This document shows, in pieces, positions 30,493 to 39,051 of a stretch of 64,000 nucleotides of DNA (positions within the stretch are counted from its first letter, which is position 1; each line of letters begins with the position of its first letter). The position numbers and the translations under genes were made by a program. The stretch comes from Dehalococcoidia bacterium (GTDB lineage Bacteria; Chloroflexota; Dehalococcoidia; Lucifugimonadales; JADFKI01), in contig OY730226.1 of NCBI GenBank assembly GCA_963422525.1, positions 515,844 to 579,843 of the forward strand, read 5' to 3'. The notes below the pieces were generated by a model. The model had not been told where the DNA came from, made no database searches, and was given only the letters and a program-made list of their open reading frames with translations.

Positions 30493-31247
30493 GGCTTGAG
30501 ACGGAACGGCGGATAGTTGTCGTACAGCAAGGCAGCGTAACCGACTACGCGGTTGCTCCAGCGCTGCATGCCCATTACTAGATCGAATATGTCCTGTGGG
30601 TAGCGTCCGCGGAACAGTAGCGTAATTGCTGCGATGAGCGTCAGCGTTCCCATTAACCCGAGTGCGACGATTAAGGCGAAGGGCATGCTGGACGCCCCTA
30701 TGAATATCAGCGTCATACCATGCTCAAACACATCCGGATAGTCTTCATATCTGAAGAACAGCACTCCAACGCCAAGAATGAAGGTTTGGAAGGCGTTTTC
30801 AAGCAGCGACGGCATTCCCGAGAAGAGCATCACCACTAAGTAGTGCGGGATTGCGAGCAGCCACCACTTGAAGATGACCTTGAGGCGCGACAGCCGCTCC
30901 GGGTACTCTACATACAGGTCGGCAGGGTAGTCGGCTTTAGACGCGAGGCTGAACGGCGGATAGCGGTCTGTGCCAAGCGGTCGGAGCGAATAGAACGACA
31001 CACGCCACCACCAGCGCATCACGCCGACGATGTAGTTGAACATCCAACGCGGATAGCGCGCCGTGAACAGTATTGCCCACCATGCGATTATCCATACCAC
31101 AAACGCGACTAATGATAGGAAAATCAGAGCGATGAAGTGCGGTATCGCGAGAATCCACTTCACCAGCCACAGCCAGCGGCTCAATTCAGGCGACAATTCG
31201 CCGCGGATCTCCAGCGGGTATGTTTGAATGTGGTCGTTCTCGGTCAT
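30489..31247 (-). CDS. DUF4389-domain membrane protein
   Basis: Duplicated SRWLWLVKWILAIPH...RYP...DRYPPF unit. Confidence 0.8.
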   Translation of the reverse strand: MTENDHIQTYPLEIRGELSPELSRWLWLVKWILAIPHFIALIFLSLVAFVVWIIAWWAILFTARYPRWMFNYIVGVMRWWWRVSFYSLRPLGTDRYPPFSLASKADYPADLYVEYPERLSRLKVIFKWWLLAIPHYLVVMLFSGMPSLLENAFQTFILGVGVLFFRYEDYPDVFEHGMTLIFIGASSMPFALIVALGLMGTLTLIAAITLLFRGRYPQDIFDLVMGMQRWSNRVVGYAALLYDNYPPFRLKP

Positions 31248-31368
31248 AACAACCTCCTATCGGCGATGAAGGTGTAGTCTAAAAAGAAGTTGTACCGCAC
31301 CCTCCCCCTTTTGCGGGCGGCGATCCTTAAAATCCCTTCCTTCCCGTCCCGTATATCCTGTCAGCCGC

Positions 31369-32325
31369 TTAGAACACCGCTATCGGATTGACCGGCGAAC
31401 CCGTGCCGCCGATGACATTCAGCGGATTGATGGTCAGCATAAACTCGTAGCGCCCTTCTTCGGCGCATGCATTGGCGAGCGGCTCCAGCAGCGCATTGTC
31501 CAGCAGCGCCACGCCGTAAGCGAAGATGACGCCATGCACGCTCCAGCCGATGTCGTACTCGTTCGGCGATGCGTCCATCATGTCCCAGCCGAGCAGGGAC
31601 ATGTCGCTGTCGCGCACGAACGGCAGGCATGACGCGTGCAGCCCCGGGCGCGGCTCGCCGGACACCGAGTTCGCCCAGATGCCCCCGCGCTCCGCTGAGA
31701 ACGCTTCGCGTCCGCTGTACACCATCACCGCGTCGCCCGGCTCCAGCGTTACGCCCTGCGCCTTCACGATGTCTTCGAGCTCCCAGCCATGCACCGGCTC
31801 ATCGACCGTAACATACGGCTTGCCGCGATGCTTCGGCACATCCAGCAGCACGCCGCGCGTCAGGATGCCGTCGCTCCATGCGTCCACCGTGCCGTAGTTG
31901 GCGCCCTGAAATGTCAGTGTGTCTTCGGGCTTGCGTCCGTCCCACATGCCGTTCTCGTCCCACACATGGCAGAGCGCGTCTATGTGCGTCGTGGATGTGC
32001 CGTGATATATCAGCCCGTAGTAGTCCACCGCCGCGCCCGAATTGCCGGGCCTCTCCCACACCTGCATATAGTGCTGGGCAGGTCGCGGGTTTTCCGCCGT
32101 CGGCGTAACCGGGAACGGCCTGCTGAGCGACACGGTGCGCCCCTTCTCCACCAGGCCGACCGCTTGCATCCGCTTCCGCTCGTCGATCAGGTTCATAGCG
32201 CCCGCTGAACCTTTCTCCCCCCAGCGCCCCCAGTTGCGCCGCTCGCTCAGATAAGCCAGCACTTCGTCTTTGGTGGGCACGCTTCGTTCCGTTGCAACCA
32301 TGCAAATCACCTCCAGCATACTCAA
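31369..32325 (-). CDS. Cyclase-family (kynurenine formamidase-like) metallohydrolase
   Basis: NWGRWG, THIDALCH, RGVLLDV, GGTGSPVNPIA motifs. Confidence 0.85.
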   Translation of the reverse strand: MSMLEVICMVATERSVPTKDEVLAYLSERRNWGRWGEKGSAGAMNLIDERKRMQAVGLVEKGRTVSLSRPFPVTPTAENPRPAQHYMQVWERPGNSGAAVDYYGLIYHGTSTTHIDALCHVWDENGMWDGRKPEDTLTFQGANYGTVDAWSDGILTRGVLLDVPKHRGKPYVTVDEPVHGWELEDIVKAQGVTLEPGDAVMVYSGREAFSAERGGIWANSVSGEPRPGLHASCLPFVRDSDMSLLGWDMMDASPNEYDIGWSVHGVIFAYGVALLDNALLEPLANACAEEGRYEFMLTINPLNVIGGTGSPVNPIAVF

Positions 32326-32393
32326 TCTAAGTCGGATTATACCTGCGGCGAACTAACATTGGTAGAGGGGATATTGAGGATGCGACGGCATGC

Positions 32394-33115
32394 TCACCAT
32401 AGCGTGGGCTTGGTGAATATGCCCCCGGCATCGGTGATGGCGGAAGGGAACTGGGCTTTGGCGAGCGCGCTTTTGTTGATGGTGCGGTAGAACCATGTTG
32501 CCACATCCGCCAGTTCACGGCTGACTCTGTTGCGCTGATGTAGGTTGATGACGCTCACATCCTTGTGGAACTTCCGCCAGTTCACGGCTGACTCTGTTGC
32601 GCTGATGTGGGTTGATGACGCCCACATCCTTATGGAACTTCATGGAACTTCCGCACGACATAATCAATCGGGAGCGTTAGGTCGGAGTCGTTGGATATGA
32701 CGACCGCTTCATCGAAGTCATCGTCGAAGCAGTCTATCAGCAGCATCGTGGCAAGGTTCACATCGGAGCGCTTCTCTTCTGTCTTCAGTATCCGCACTCT
32801 TTCGGGCGGGTCGGATGGGCTGGAGTAGGTGAGCGGGTATATGGGAGCGGTTGTTGGATGAAAAGAGAAGCGCCCGTAGTGAATGGTCAAATGCGGTATC
32901 GTCTCCAGTGCCCTTAGATAATTATCCTGTCTGTCGGGAGCCTGCGGATCGTGCGAGTAGGATGCTATGCGTGCTGTGAAATACCTGATTCGGTTAATCT
33001 CTCTGTCAGGTAAAATACGACGGCACAGCGCATTGAGATTCAGCCACTTATACGGGGTGCCCCGCAGCGCGCCATAGTAGAGATTGAAGCCGTCAATATA
33101 GACATTTACGCTCAA
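32394..33115 (-). pseudogene. NYN (LabA/DUF88, PIN-like) RNase disrupted by 10-bp and 67-bp tandem duplications
   Basis: VYIDGFNLYY, EEKRSDVNLA, VISNDSDL motifs; duplications at 32632-32651 and 32506-32654; C-terminus ...FTKPTLW* out of frame. Confidence 0.82.
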
Positions 33116-33127
33116 AAGAAAAGTCCC

Positions 33128-33198
33128 ATAAATGCAATGACCACCCCGAAAGGTGGTCTTGCTACCCTGACCACCAGAAGCGGTAGGGGCGATGAACA
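33128..33198 (-). ncRNA. Putative two-hairpin leader RNA upstream of NYN copy 1
   Basis: Hairpin CCCU-ACCGC-UUCUG-GUGGU-C-AGGG, then GACCACCU-UUCG-GGGUGGUC; promoter TTGACA(33228-33233)-17 nt-TAAACT upstream. Confidence 0.55.
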
Positions 33199-33283
33199 TG
33201 TATTAGTTTAACCGCTTTTGCGCTCGGTGTCAATAGCAATTTTGAGGCCTGATACTGTCCCGGATTAGTAGGTAGAAGCATCA

Positions 33284-33344
33284 CCCTCACCCCCTGTTCA
33301 AGCCAGGGGCAGGCTCTAGCTCTCTCCCATCAAGGGAGAGGGGA
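33284..33344. repeat. REP-like palindromic element (CCCTCACCC...CTCTCCC-N-GGGAGAGGG type)
   Basis: CTCTCCCATCAAGGGAGAG palindrome; degenerate relatives near 31300, 51545, 56818. Confidence 0.6.
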
Positions 33345-33465
33345 TTATTGCACCACCTACCAAACATGGACAGCATCTTGAAGCCCGGCGAGGATAAACG
33401 GAATGGATATGATGGCATCGCCGTTCCTGAAAATCCTGTTCATCCTCTCTATATGATGCCACCCT

Positions 33466-34929
33466 CTAAAACAACGCATCGCTCGCATACTGCACAGCTC
33501 GCATTAGCGGCGCGGGATATACGCCCAAGATGACCATGCCCGCGAACAGCGCGCCCAGCAGCCCCATCGTCAGGCGCGGCATCGGTATCGAGCTTGCGTC
33601 CTCCACAGGCTCGATGTACAGCTGCCGCACCACCTGCAAGTAGTAGTACAGCGAAATCAGGCTGGCGAAGATGGCGATGCCCGCGACCCACAATAATCCT
33701 TGCGCGGCGGCGGCGTTGAACAGGTAGAACTTGCTGGTGAAGCCCACGAATATGGGCAGCCCCGCGAGCGAGAACAGCGATACCGCGAACACCAGCCCCA
33801 CCAGCGGCGCGCGGCGCGCCACGCCCGCCATGCCCGCGATGTCGTCCCGTCCCGTGATGTTGTAGATTGCGGCGAGGCACAGGAACGCCGCCATGTTCGT
33901 AACAGCGTATCCCACAAGGTGCAGCATCACCCCGTTGGACGCCAAATGCGACAGCTCCGACGAGCCACTGCCAACAGCCGCGAGCGCCGCGACGCCCATC
34001 AGCAGGTAGCCCACCTGCCCTACGCTGGAGTATGCCAGCAGCCGCTTCATATTGCGCTGCGCCAACGCCACTAAGTTGCCCAGCAGCATCGTTATCACGG
34101 CGAGTATTATCAGCAGCGTCTGCCACTGCTCCACGATGGGCATGAACGCCTCGGCGAACAGTCGCAGCGACAGCGCAAACGCCGCCGCCTTCGAGCCGAC
34201 CGCCAAGTGCGCCGTGATGGGTATCGGCGCGCCCTCATACGCGTCCGGCGCCCACATGTGGAACGGCACGACGGCAAGCTTGAACCCCAACCCCGCGACT
34301 ATCAGCGCCATGCCGAGTATCAGCCCCGGACTGAGCGCGTCCGAAGCGGCAAGAGCGGCGCTAATCTCATCGAACCTAGTCGTGCCCAGCAATCCGTACA
34401 CCTGGCTGATGCCGTACAGCAGCAACGCCGACGAGAACGCCCCCAGCAGGATGTACTTCGTCGCGCCCTCGTTCGACTTGGCGTTGTAGCGGTCATAAGC
34501 GACCAGCACATATAGCCCGAAGCTCAGCAGCTCCAACGATATGTACGCCGTTAGCAGCTCGCCCGCCGCCGTCAGCAGCAGCATCGCAACCACAGTGAAC
34601 AGCAGTATGCCGTAGTATTCGCCGGGATATTCGAGGTTGCGCTTCACATAGTCAATCGACGCCAGCACGACCACGATGCCCAGCGCAATGAAGAACGCTT
34701 TGAAGAACAGCGCATATCCGTCGATGCGGATAACCCCGCCATACAGCGAATCGTTCACGCCCCACAGATACGCAAGCGAAACCACCAGCGCCACGACCAG
34801 CCCCGCGACCGCCACAAACGGCAGCAGATACTTGTGCCGCTCATGCAGGAACAGGTCCATCCCCAGCACGACAAACGCCAGCCCAGTGACGATAAACTCA
34901 GGTAGGAGAAGAAGGAAGTTGTTGTTCAT
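33466..34929 (-). CDS. nuoN: NADH-quinone oxidoreductase subunit N
   Basis: SNEGATKY, FKLAVVPFHMWAPDAYEGAP, KRLLAYSS motifs. Confidence 0.93.
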   Translation of the reverse strand: MNNNFLLLLPEFIVTGLAFVVLGMDLFLHERHKYLLPFVAVAGLVVALVVSLAYLWGVNDSLYGGVIRIDGYALFFKAFFIALGIVVVLASIDYVKRNLEYPGEYYGILLFTVVAMLLLTAAGELLTAYISLELLSFGLYVLVAYDRYNAKSNEGATKYILLGAFSSALLLYGISQVYGLLGTTRFDEISAALAASDALSPGLILGMALIVAGLGFKLAVVPFHMWAPDAYEGAPIPITAHLAVGSKAAAFALSLRLFAEAFMPIVEQWQTLLIILAVITMLLGNLVALAQRNMKRLLAYSSVGQVGYLLMGVAALAAVGSGSSELSHLASNGVMLHLVGYAVTNMAAFLCLAAIYNITGRDDIAGMAGVARRAPLVGLVFAVSLFSLAGLPIFVGFTSKFYLFNAAAAQGLLWVAGIAIFASLISLYYYLQVVRQLYIEPVEDASSIPMPRLTMGLLGALFAGMVILGVYPAPLMRAVQYASDALF

Positions 34930-34999
34930 ATAACACTACGATACGACACGAAGCCTGTTTCAGGCAATTGTTGGGTGTTGTCAAAGAGATGTAAAAAGG

Positions 35000-35156
35000 T
35001 TGACGAGGCATCTATCCCGAATGTACTATGGGTACATACTCCCCCTATTCAATTCGCTGGTAGGGTCGAGGCTGTCTCCGCGGAGGCAGCCTCTGTTTTT
35101 ATGCCCGCTTCGCATCTTGAGATTTCTCGATGATTACGAATGTTTTATTTATTGAC
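35000..35156 (+). repeat. Upstream duplicate of the NYN promoter/leader cassette with a degenerate gene start
   Basis: 190-bp offset copy of 35190-35343: TTGACG..TACTAT, both hairpins, ATGATTACGAATGT. Confidence 0.9.
35036..35102 (+). ncRNA. Putative two-hairpin RNA, copy A
   Basis: CCCUAU...GUAGGGU plus GAGGCUGUCUC-CGCG-GAGGCAGCCUC-UGUUUUU. Confidence 0.55.
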
Positions 35157-35225
35157 ATACATTACCTCGCAGAGATGCGCCGACAACGCTTGACAAGGCA
35201 CTTATCCCGAATGTACTATGGACGC

Positions 35226-35292
35226 ATACCCCCCCTATTCACTTCGCTGGTAGGGTCGAGGCTATCTCCGCGGAGATAGCCTCTGTTTTTAT
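35226..35292 (+). ncRNA. Putative two-hairpin RNA, copy B, leader of the intact NYN gene
   Basis: Promoter TTGACA(35190)-18 nt-TACTAT; CCCUAU...GUAGGGU plus GAGGCUAUCUC-CGCG-GAGAUAGCCUC-UGUUUUU; compensatory change relative to copy A. Confidence 0.6.
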
Positions 35293-35319
35293 GCCCGCTT
35301 CGCATCTTGAGACTTCTCG

Positions 35320-35958
35320 ATGATTACCAATGTCTATGTTGACGGCTTCAATTTGTATTACCGCGCTCTCAGGCGGTTCCCTCAGTACAGATGGCTCGAC
35401 CTAGCCAAATTAAGTCAAGCCCTGCTGCCCTCCCATCAGATAAACCGCATACGATACTTCACCTCCATAGTTGACCAGCGCCCCGATGACCCTCTACAGC
35501 AACGCCGACAGGCTATATATCTTCGCGCACTGCAAACCATACCTAAATTAGAGATTCATTACGGGCAGTTCAAGACTCGCAATGTGTGGCGCCCTCTCGC
35601 CAAACCCGTCTCTGGCTTCGAAGGTTCCGTCCTTGTGAAGAACACCGAAGAAAAGGGCACGGATGTTAATCTGGCGACATATCTCATAATGGACGGGTAT
35701 GACGGCGATTACGAGCAGGCGCTAGTCATCTCCAACGACTCCGATTTGGCGCTGCCGATTAGAATGGCGCGCGACAGGCTTAAGCGGCCGGTGGGAGTTG
35801 TCAACCCTAATGTGAATTTGAGACGCGATTCCGCGCCGGTGGAACTCAAAGAAGCGGCGACATTTCTCAGGCAATTAAGGGCCGCCGCGTTGAAGAACAG
35901 CCAGTTCCCGGACTCGTTAGCAGACGGCGTAGGCGTATTCACAAAGCCTTGGGCTTGA
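35320..35958 (+). CDS. NYN (LabA/DUF88, PIN-like) domain ribonuclease, intact
   Basis: VYVDGFNLYY, EEKGTDVNLA, VISNDSDL, VGVVNP motifs. Confidence 0.9.
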   Translation: MITNVYVDGFNLYYRALRRFPQYRWLDLAKLSQALLPSHQINRIRYFTSIVDQRPDDPLQQRRQAIYLRALQTIPKLEIHYGQFKTRNVWRPLAKPVSGFEGSVLVKNTEEKGTDVNLATYLIMDGYDGDYEQALVISNDSDLALPIRMARDRLKRPVGVVNPNVNLRRDSAPVELKEAATFLRQLRAAALKNSQFPDSLADGVGVFTKPWA

Positions 35959-36054
35959 TGTATCCCTTGAGCTGCCACCGCTTTGCGCGGCAGACTACTG
36001 CGGGCGACATCGTCTATTAGCAATAGCCCCGTATTAGCGTTTCGCAGTAGGCGT

Positions 36055-36095
36055 GTGGATGTAGAATAGGGTATTCCACTTTATTCTACATCCAC
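36055..36095. terminator. Inverted repeat between convergent genes
   Basis: GTGGATGTAGAATA...TATTCTACATCCAC (14-bp perfect arms). Confidence 0.7.
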
Positions 36096-36112
36096 TTGAT
36101 TCGGAACGCTGT

Positions 36113-36718
36113 CTAGCCCTTGTCCACACGGATGATTTGGCAGTCTTTCAACATGATGATGCCTATTCCAGTCCCTATTTCTATTTCACCCTGCACAGTC
36201 ACCAGATGATCATATCGTAATGTGGCAAGAAGATTGAGATCCGGATTTTCCATAAAACACCATATTTCGATTTGATAGGATCTATCATCATCATCTTCAA
36301 TGTATAGAATGATTTGTCCCTCATGCACATTACTAATTGGCGCTTGCGCTAGAATCTTTTTGTCTTTGTATTTTTGGTTCGCAGCCACACTATTTTCATC
36401 ATAGAAACTGACAACTTCTAGAAAATCCTCATAAGTCGTTAACTTCTCATAAGCGTCGGATGCGACTGCCGTTGGCTGGGGCATGGGCGTGGGGTATGGC
36501 GTAGGCAGGTTCGCGCTTGCCGGGACAGGGGTCGGCGCGGGCAGGTTCTCCAGCCCGTGGAAGGTTAGGTTGTCCATGGGTACGGTGGCGCTTGCGCCGT
36601 CCGGCGTCCAGACGGTAACGCTCTCTTCGGTAATCTGAACTGCCGTCTTCTGCCCCACAGCGCAGCCTATAAGCAGCGCAAGCGTCATCACGGCTGCTGC
36701 TGCTGCGATGGTTTTCAT
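36113..36718 (-). CDS. Lipoprotein with OB-fold (tRNA_anti-like) C-terminal domain
   Basis: LLIGC lipobox; YDENSVAANQKYKDK...VTVQG...LKDC pattern. Confidence 0.7.
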   Translation of the reverse strand: MKTIAAAAAVMTLALLIGCAVGQKTAVQITEESVTVWTPDGASATVPMDNLTFHGLENLPAPTPVPASANLPTPYPTPMPQPTAVASDAYEKLTTYEDFLEVVSFYDENSVAANQKYKDKKILAQAPISNVHEGQIILYIEDDDDRSYQIEIWCFMENPDLNLLATLRYDHLVTVQGEIEIGTGIGIIMLKDCQIIRVDKG

Positions 36719-36833
36719 AGAGATAGTCTCCTCTTCGTTTTGTTTATGATGCAGCGTTACCATTTGGAGCGGTCGGTGCTGAAGTTAAGTTCACGCACGA
36801 GTTGGAAGGTGTCGTGCGGAGAGGTTCAGAGAA

Positions 36834-38798
36834 TTATTGTGCCAATTTGATTGATCGAACGCCGTTGATGCCGCCAAGGTTGCCAAGCGCCGTAGGCCTC
36901 TGGTCCCATTGAGCAATTTTGTCCGGGCTATAGGCAGGCCATGTCGGGAACTCAAACACACCTACACACAGCGCCCAATGCCTGTTGTTCGTGTAGAAAG
37001 CTTCAGCCAGATCCTCGCGCGTAGCCTTGTCAGGCTCTCCCGCCATATTCAGGTAGGTCTGCGCAGCCCACGGTATCTCCATTCCAACTCCGTATCCTCC
37101 CGCGCTGATGGAACTCATCACGAAGCCGTGCGCCCAGTCATACGGGAAGTTGGAGTGGTTCTCGTCTCCGCAGCCAGTGAACGGCGTCTTGTTCGTGCGC
37201 GCTACTAGACCGGGACGGAATGTCCTGTACTCGGTCTTAATCATGTTAACCTTCACGCCGAGGTTCTGCTGCCACGCCGCGCCGACCGCCTCACCCACAT
37301 GAGAGTTCAGCTCGCCCGTGCCTATCCACATATCCATCTCGAAGCCGTCCGAATAACCCGCCTCGCCCAGAAGACTCTTGCCCTGGACATAGTCGGTGCC
37401 CCAGCTCCAAGCCTCATCGTAGTTGGTGTTGTTGATCGACAGGTACGGCTGATGGTTCACAACGCCCAACCCTGCGATAACATTCTCCAGCAAGTCCTCA
37501 CGCGGGATGCTCCAAGCAAGCGCATTGCGAACTAGCCTTGTAGACTGCATCGAAGCCGTATCTTCGCTGAAATCAGCGCCATCCTCAAACGGATTGCCTA
37601 TGTACGGGTACTCAGATGTGCCTGCGCCCGAAAGGTCCCGCGAAAGCGCCTCACCCGTCAATGCGCCGTGGCTCTCCCAGTAGTTGCCCGAGAAACCGAT
37701 GTTGAACATTGTGTTGTGAGCCGCGCCGCGCTGCGCCTCATAGCCGCCGTCCAGCAAGCTAGGCAGGTGAGCAAGCTCAACTCTGGCTATCTGAGCTTCA
37801 CCCGCCTCCAGCGCCGCCTTGCGAGACTCACCCGCAGGGATGTCCCGCCACTCAACATTCTGAACAAACGGGCCCGCAGTACCCTCGCCTCGCGCATAGT
37901 AGTCCTCGAACGCATGCAGGAAGATGCCTTTCTGCTGCGTCCACTCATCCACTACGAACGCTCCTACTCCCGTGTAGTCGTTCTCCATCCCATCTACGCC
38001 CTTCTCGGCATAGACCTTGCTGCTTACGATGCCGGCGGTCTGCCAGAAGGCGCTGAAGCGGTGCAGCATGCCGCGGCTGTCATAGTTGCGGTAGTGCAGG
38101 CGCACGGTGTAAGGGTCTATCGCTTCCATCTCTTGAATCAGCGGAGCGAAGTCGCTTGCCTGTCCGTGCACACTCTCCGGATTGGTTACGGAGTTTGCGT
38201 CATTGTACGAGAACGCCACATCTTCCGAGGTCATCTCGCCCCAGCCGTTGTGGAACTGCACGCCCTCGCGCAGGTCAAAGTCGCCGAACTCAAGAGACGG
38301 GTCAAGCGTGAACTCGGTGGCAAGCATCGGCTCAATTGTGGGCGAACCGTCCGCTCCCATCTTGGAGTTGAACAAAGTGTCTGTCATGCCCGCCATGTAG
38401 ATGATTTCTGCGCAACCGCCCGCGCTCGCCGAACAAAATCTCGGCAATCCGTTAGGCGCGCCCACAAACGAAGTGGCTATAATCAAATTGCCCGTAGGCT
38501 GTGGCATATCCGAACCGCTAGGCGCAGGCGTTGGCGCAGGAGCCGGTACTGCTGGCGCTGGCGTGGGGTATGGCGTAGGCGTAGGCAGGTTCGCGCTTGT
38601 CGGGACAGGCGTAGGCGCGGGCAGGTTCTCCAGCCCGTGGAAGGTTAGGTTGTCCATGGGTACGGTGGCGCTTGCGCCGTCCGGCGTCCAGACGGTAACG
38701 CTCTCTTCGGTAATCTGAACTGCCGTCTTCTGCCCCGCTGCACAGCCTATAAGCAGCGCAAGCGTCATCACGGCGGCGGCGACTGCGATGGTTTTCAT
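36834..38798 (-). CDS. ABC transporter substrate-binding lipoprotein (family 5, peptide/nickel-like)
   Basis: LLIGC lipobox; PMLAT..LREGVQFHNGWGEMTSEDVAFS, GVGAF, VRNALAWSI motifs; no permease adjacent. Confidence 0.85.
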   Translation of the reverse strand: MKTIAVAAAVMTLALLIGCAAGQKTAVQITEESVTVWTPDGASATVPMDNLTFHGLENLPAPTPVPTSANLPTPTPYPTPAPAVPAPAPTPAPSGSDMPQPTGNLIIATSFVGAPNGLPRFCSASAGGCAEIIYMAGMTDTLFNSKMGADGSPTIEPMLATEFTLDPSLEFGDFDLREGVQFHNGWGEMTSEDVAFSYNDANSVTNPESVHGQASDFAPLIQEMEAIDPYTVRLHYRNYDSRGMLHRFSAFWQTAGIVSSKVYAEKGVDGMENDYTGVGAFVVDEWTQQKGIFLHAFEDYYARGEGTAGPFVQNVEWRDIPAGESRKAALEAGEAQIARVELAHLPSLLDGGYEAQRGAAHNTMFNIGFSGNYWESHGALTGEALSRDLSGAGTSEYPYIGNPFEDGADFSEDTASMQSTRLVRNALAWSIPREDLLENVIAGLGVVNHQPYLSINNTNYDEAWSWGTDYVQGKSLLGEAGYSDGFEMDMWIGTGELNSHVGEAVGAAWQQNLGVKVNMIKTEYRTFRPGLVARTNKTPFTGCGDENHSNFPYDWAHGFVMSSISAGGYGVGMEIPWAAQTYLNMAGEPDKATREDLAEAFYTNNRHWALCVGVFEFPTWPAYSPDKIAQWDQRPTALGNLGGINGVRSIKLAQ

Positions 38799-39051
38799 AG
38801 AGATCGTCTCCTCTTCATTTTTGTTTATAGTGCAGCGTTACCAGTTGGAACGGTCGGTGCTGAAGTTAAGGCAAATAAGACGCAACGTGCTGAAGAACAG
38901 TCAAGTGTGAGAATACTGTTGCAATGTCTAAAACAACATGTTATATTATTTGCAAATTAAAAATTAAATAATATCTACAATACGTGGTTATCCATCGGCC
39001 TCGTGAAAATTGCGTCCACATTCAAGATACAAGATAAGGGAGATGTTTCAA

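Noticed and set aside
32506-32654. Repeated sequence that could be taken for a CRISPR array
   Set aside because: Two contiguous 67-bp copies with no unique spacers, inside the NYN coding frame; no cas genes in the window
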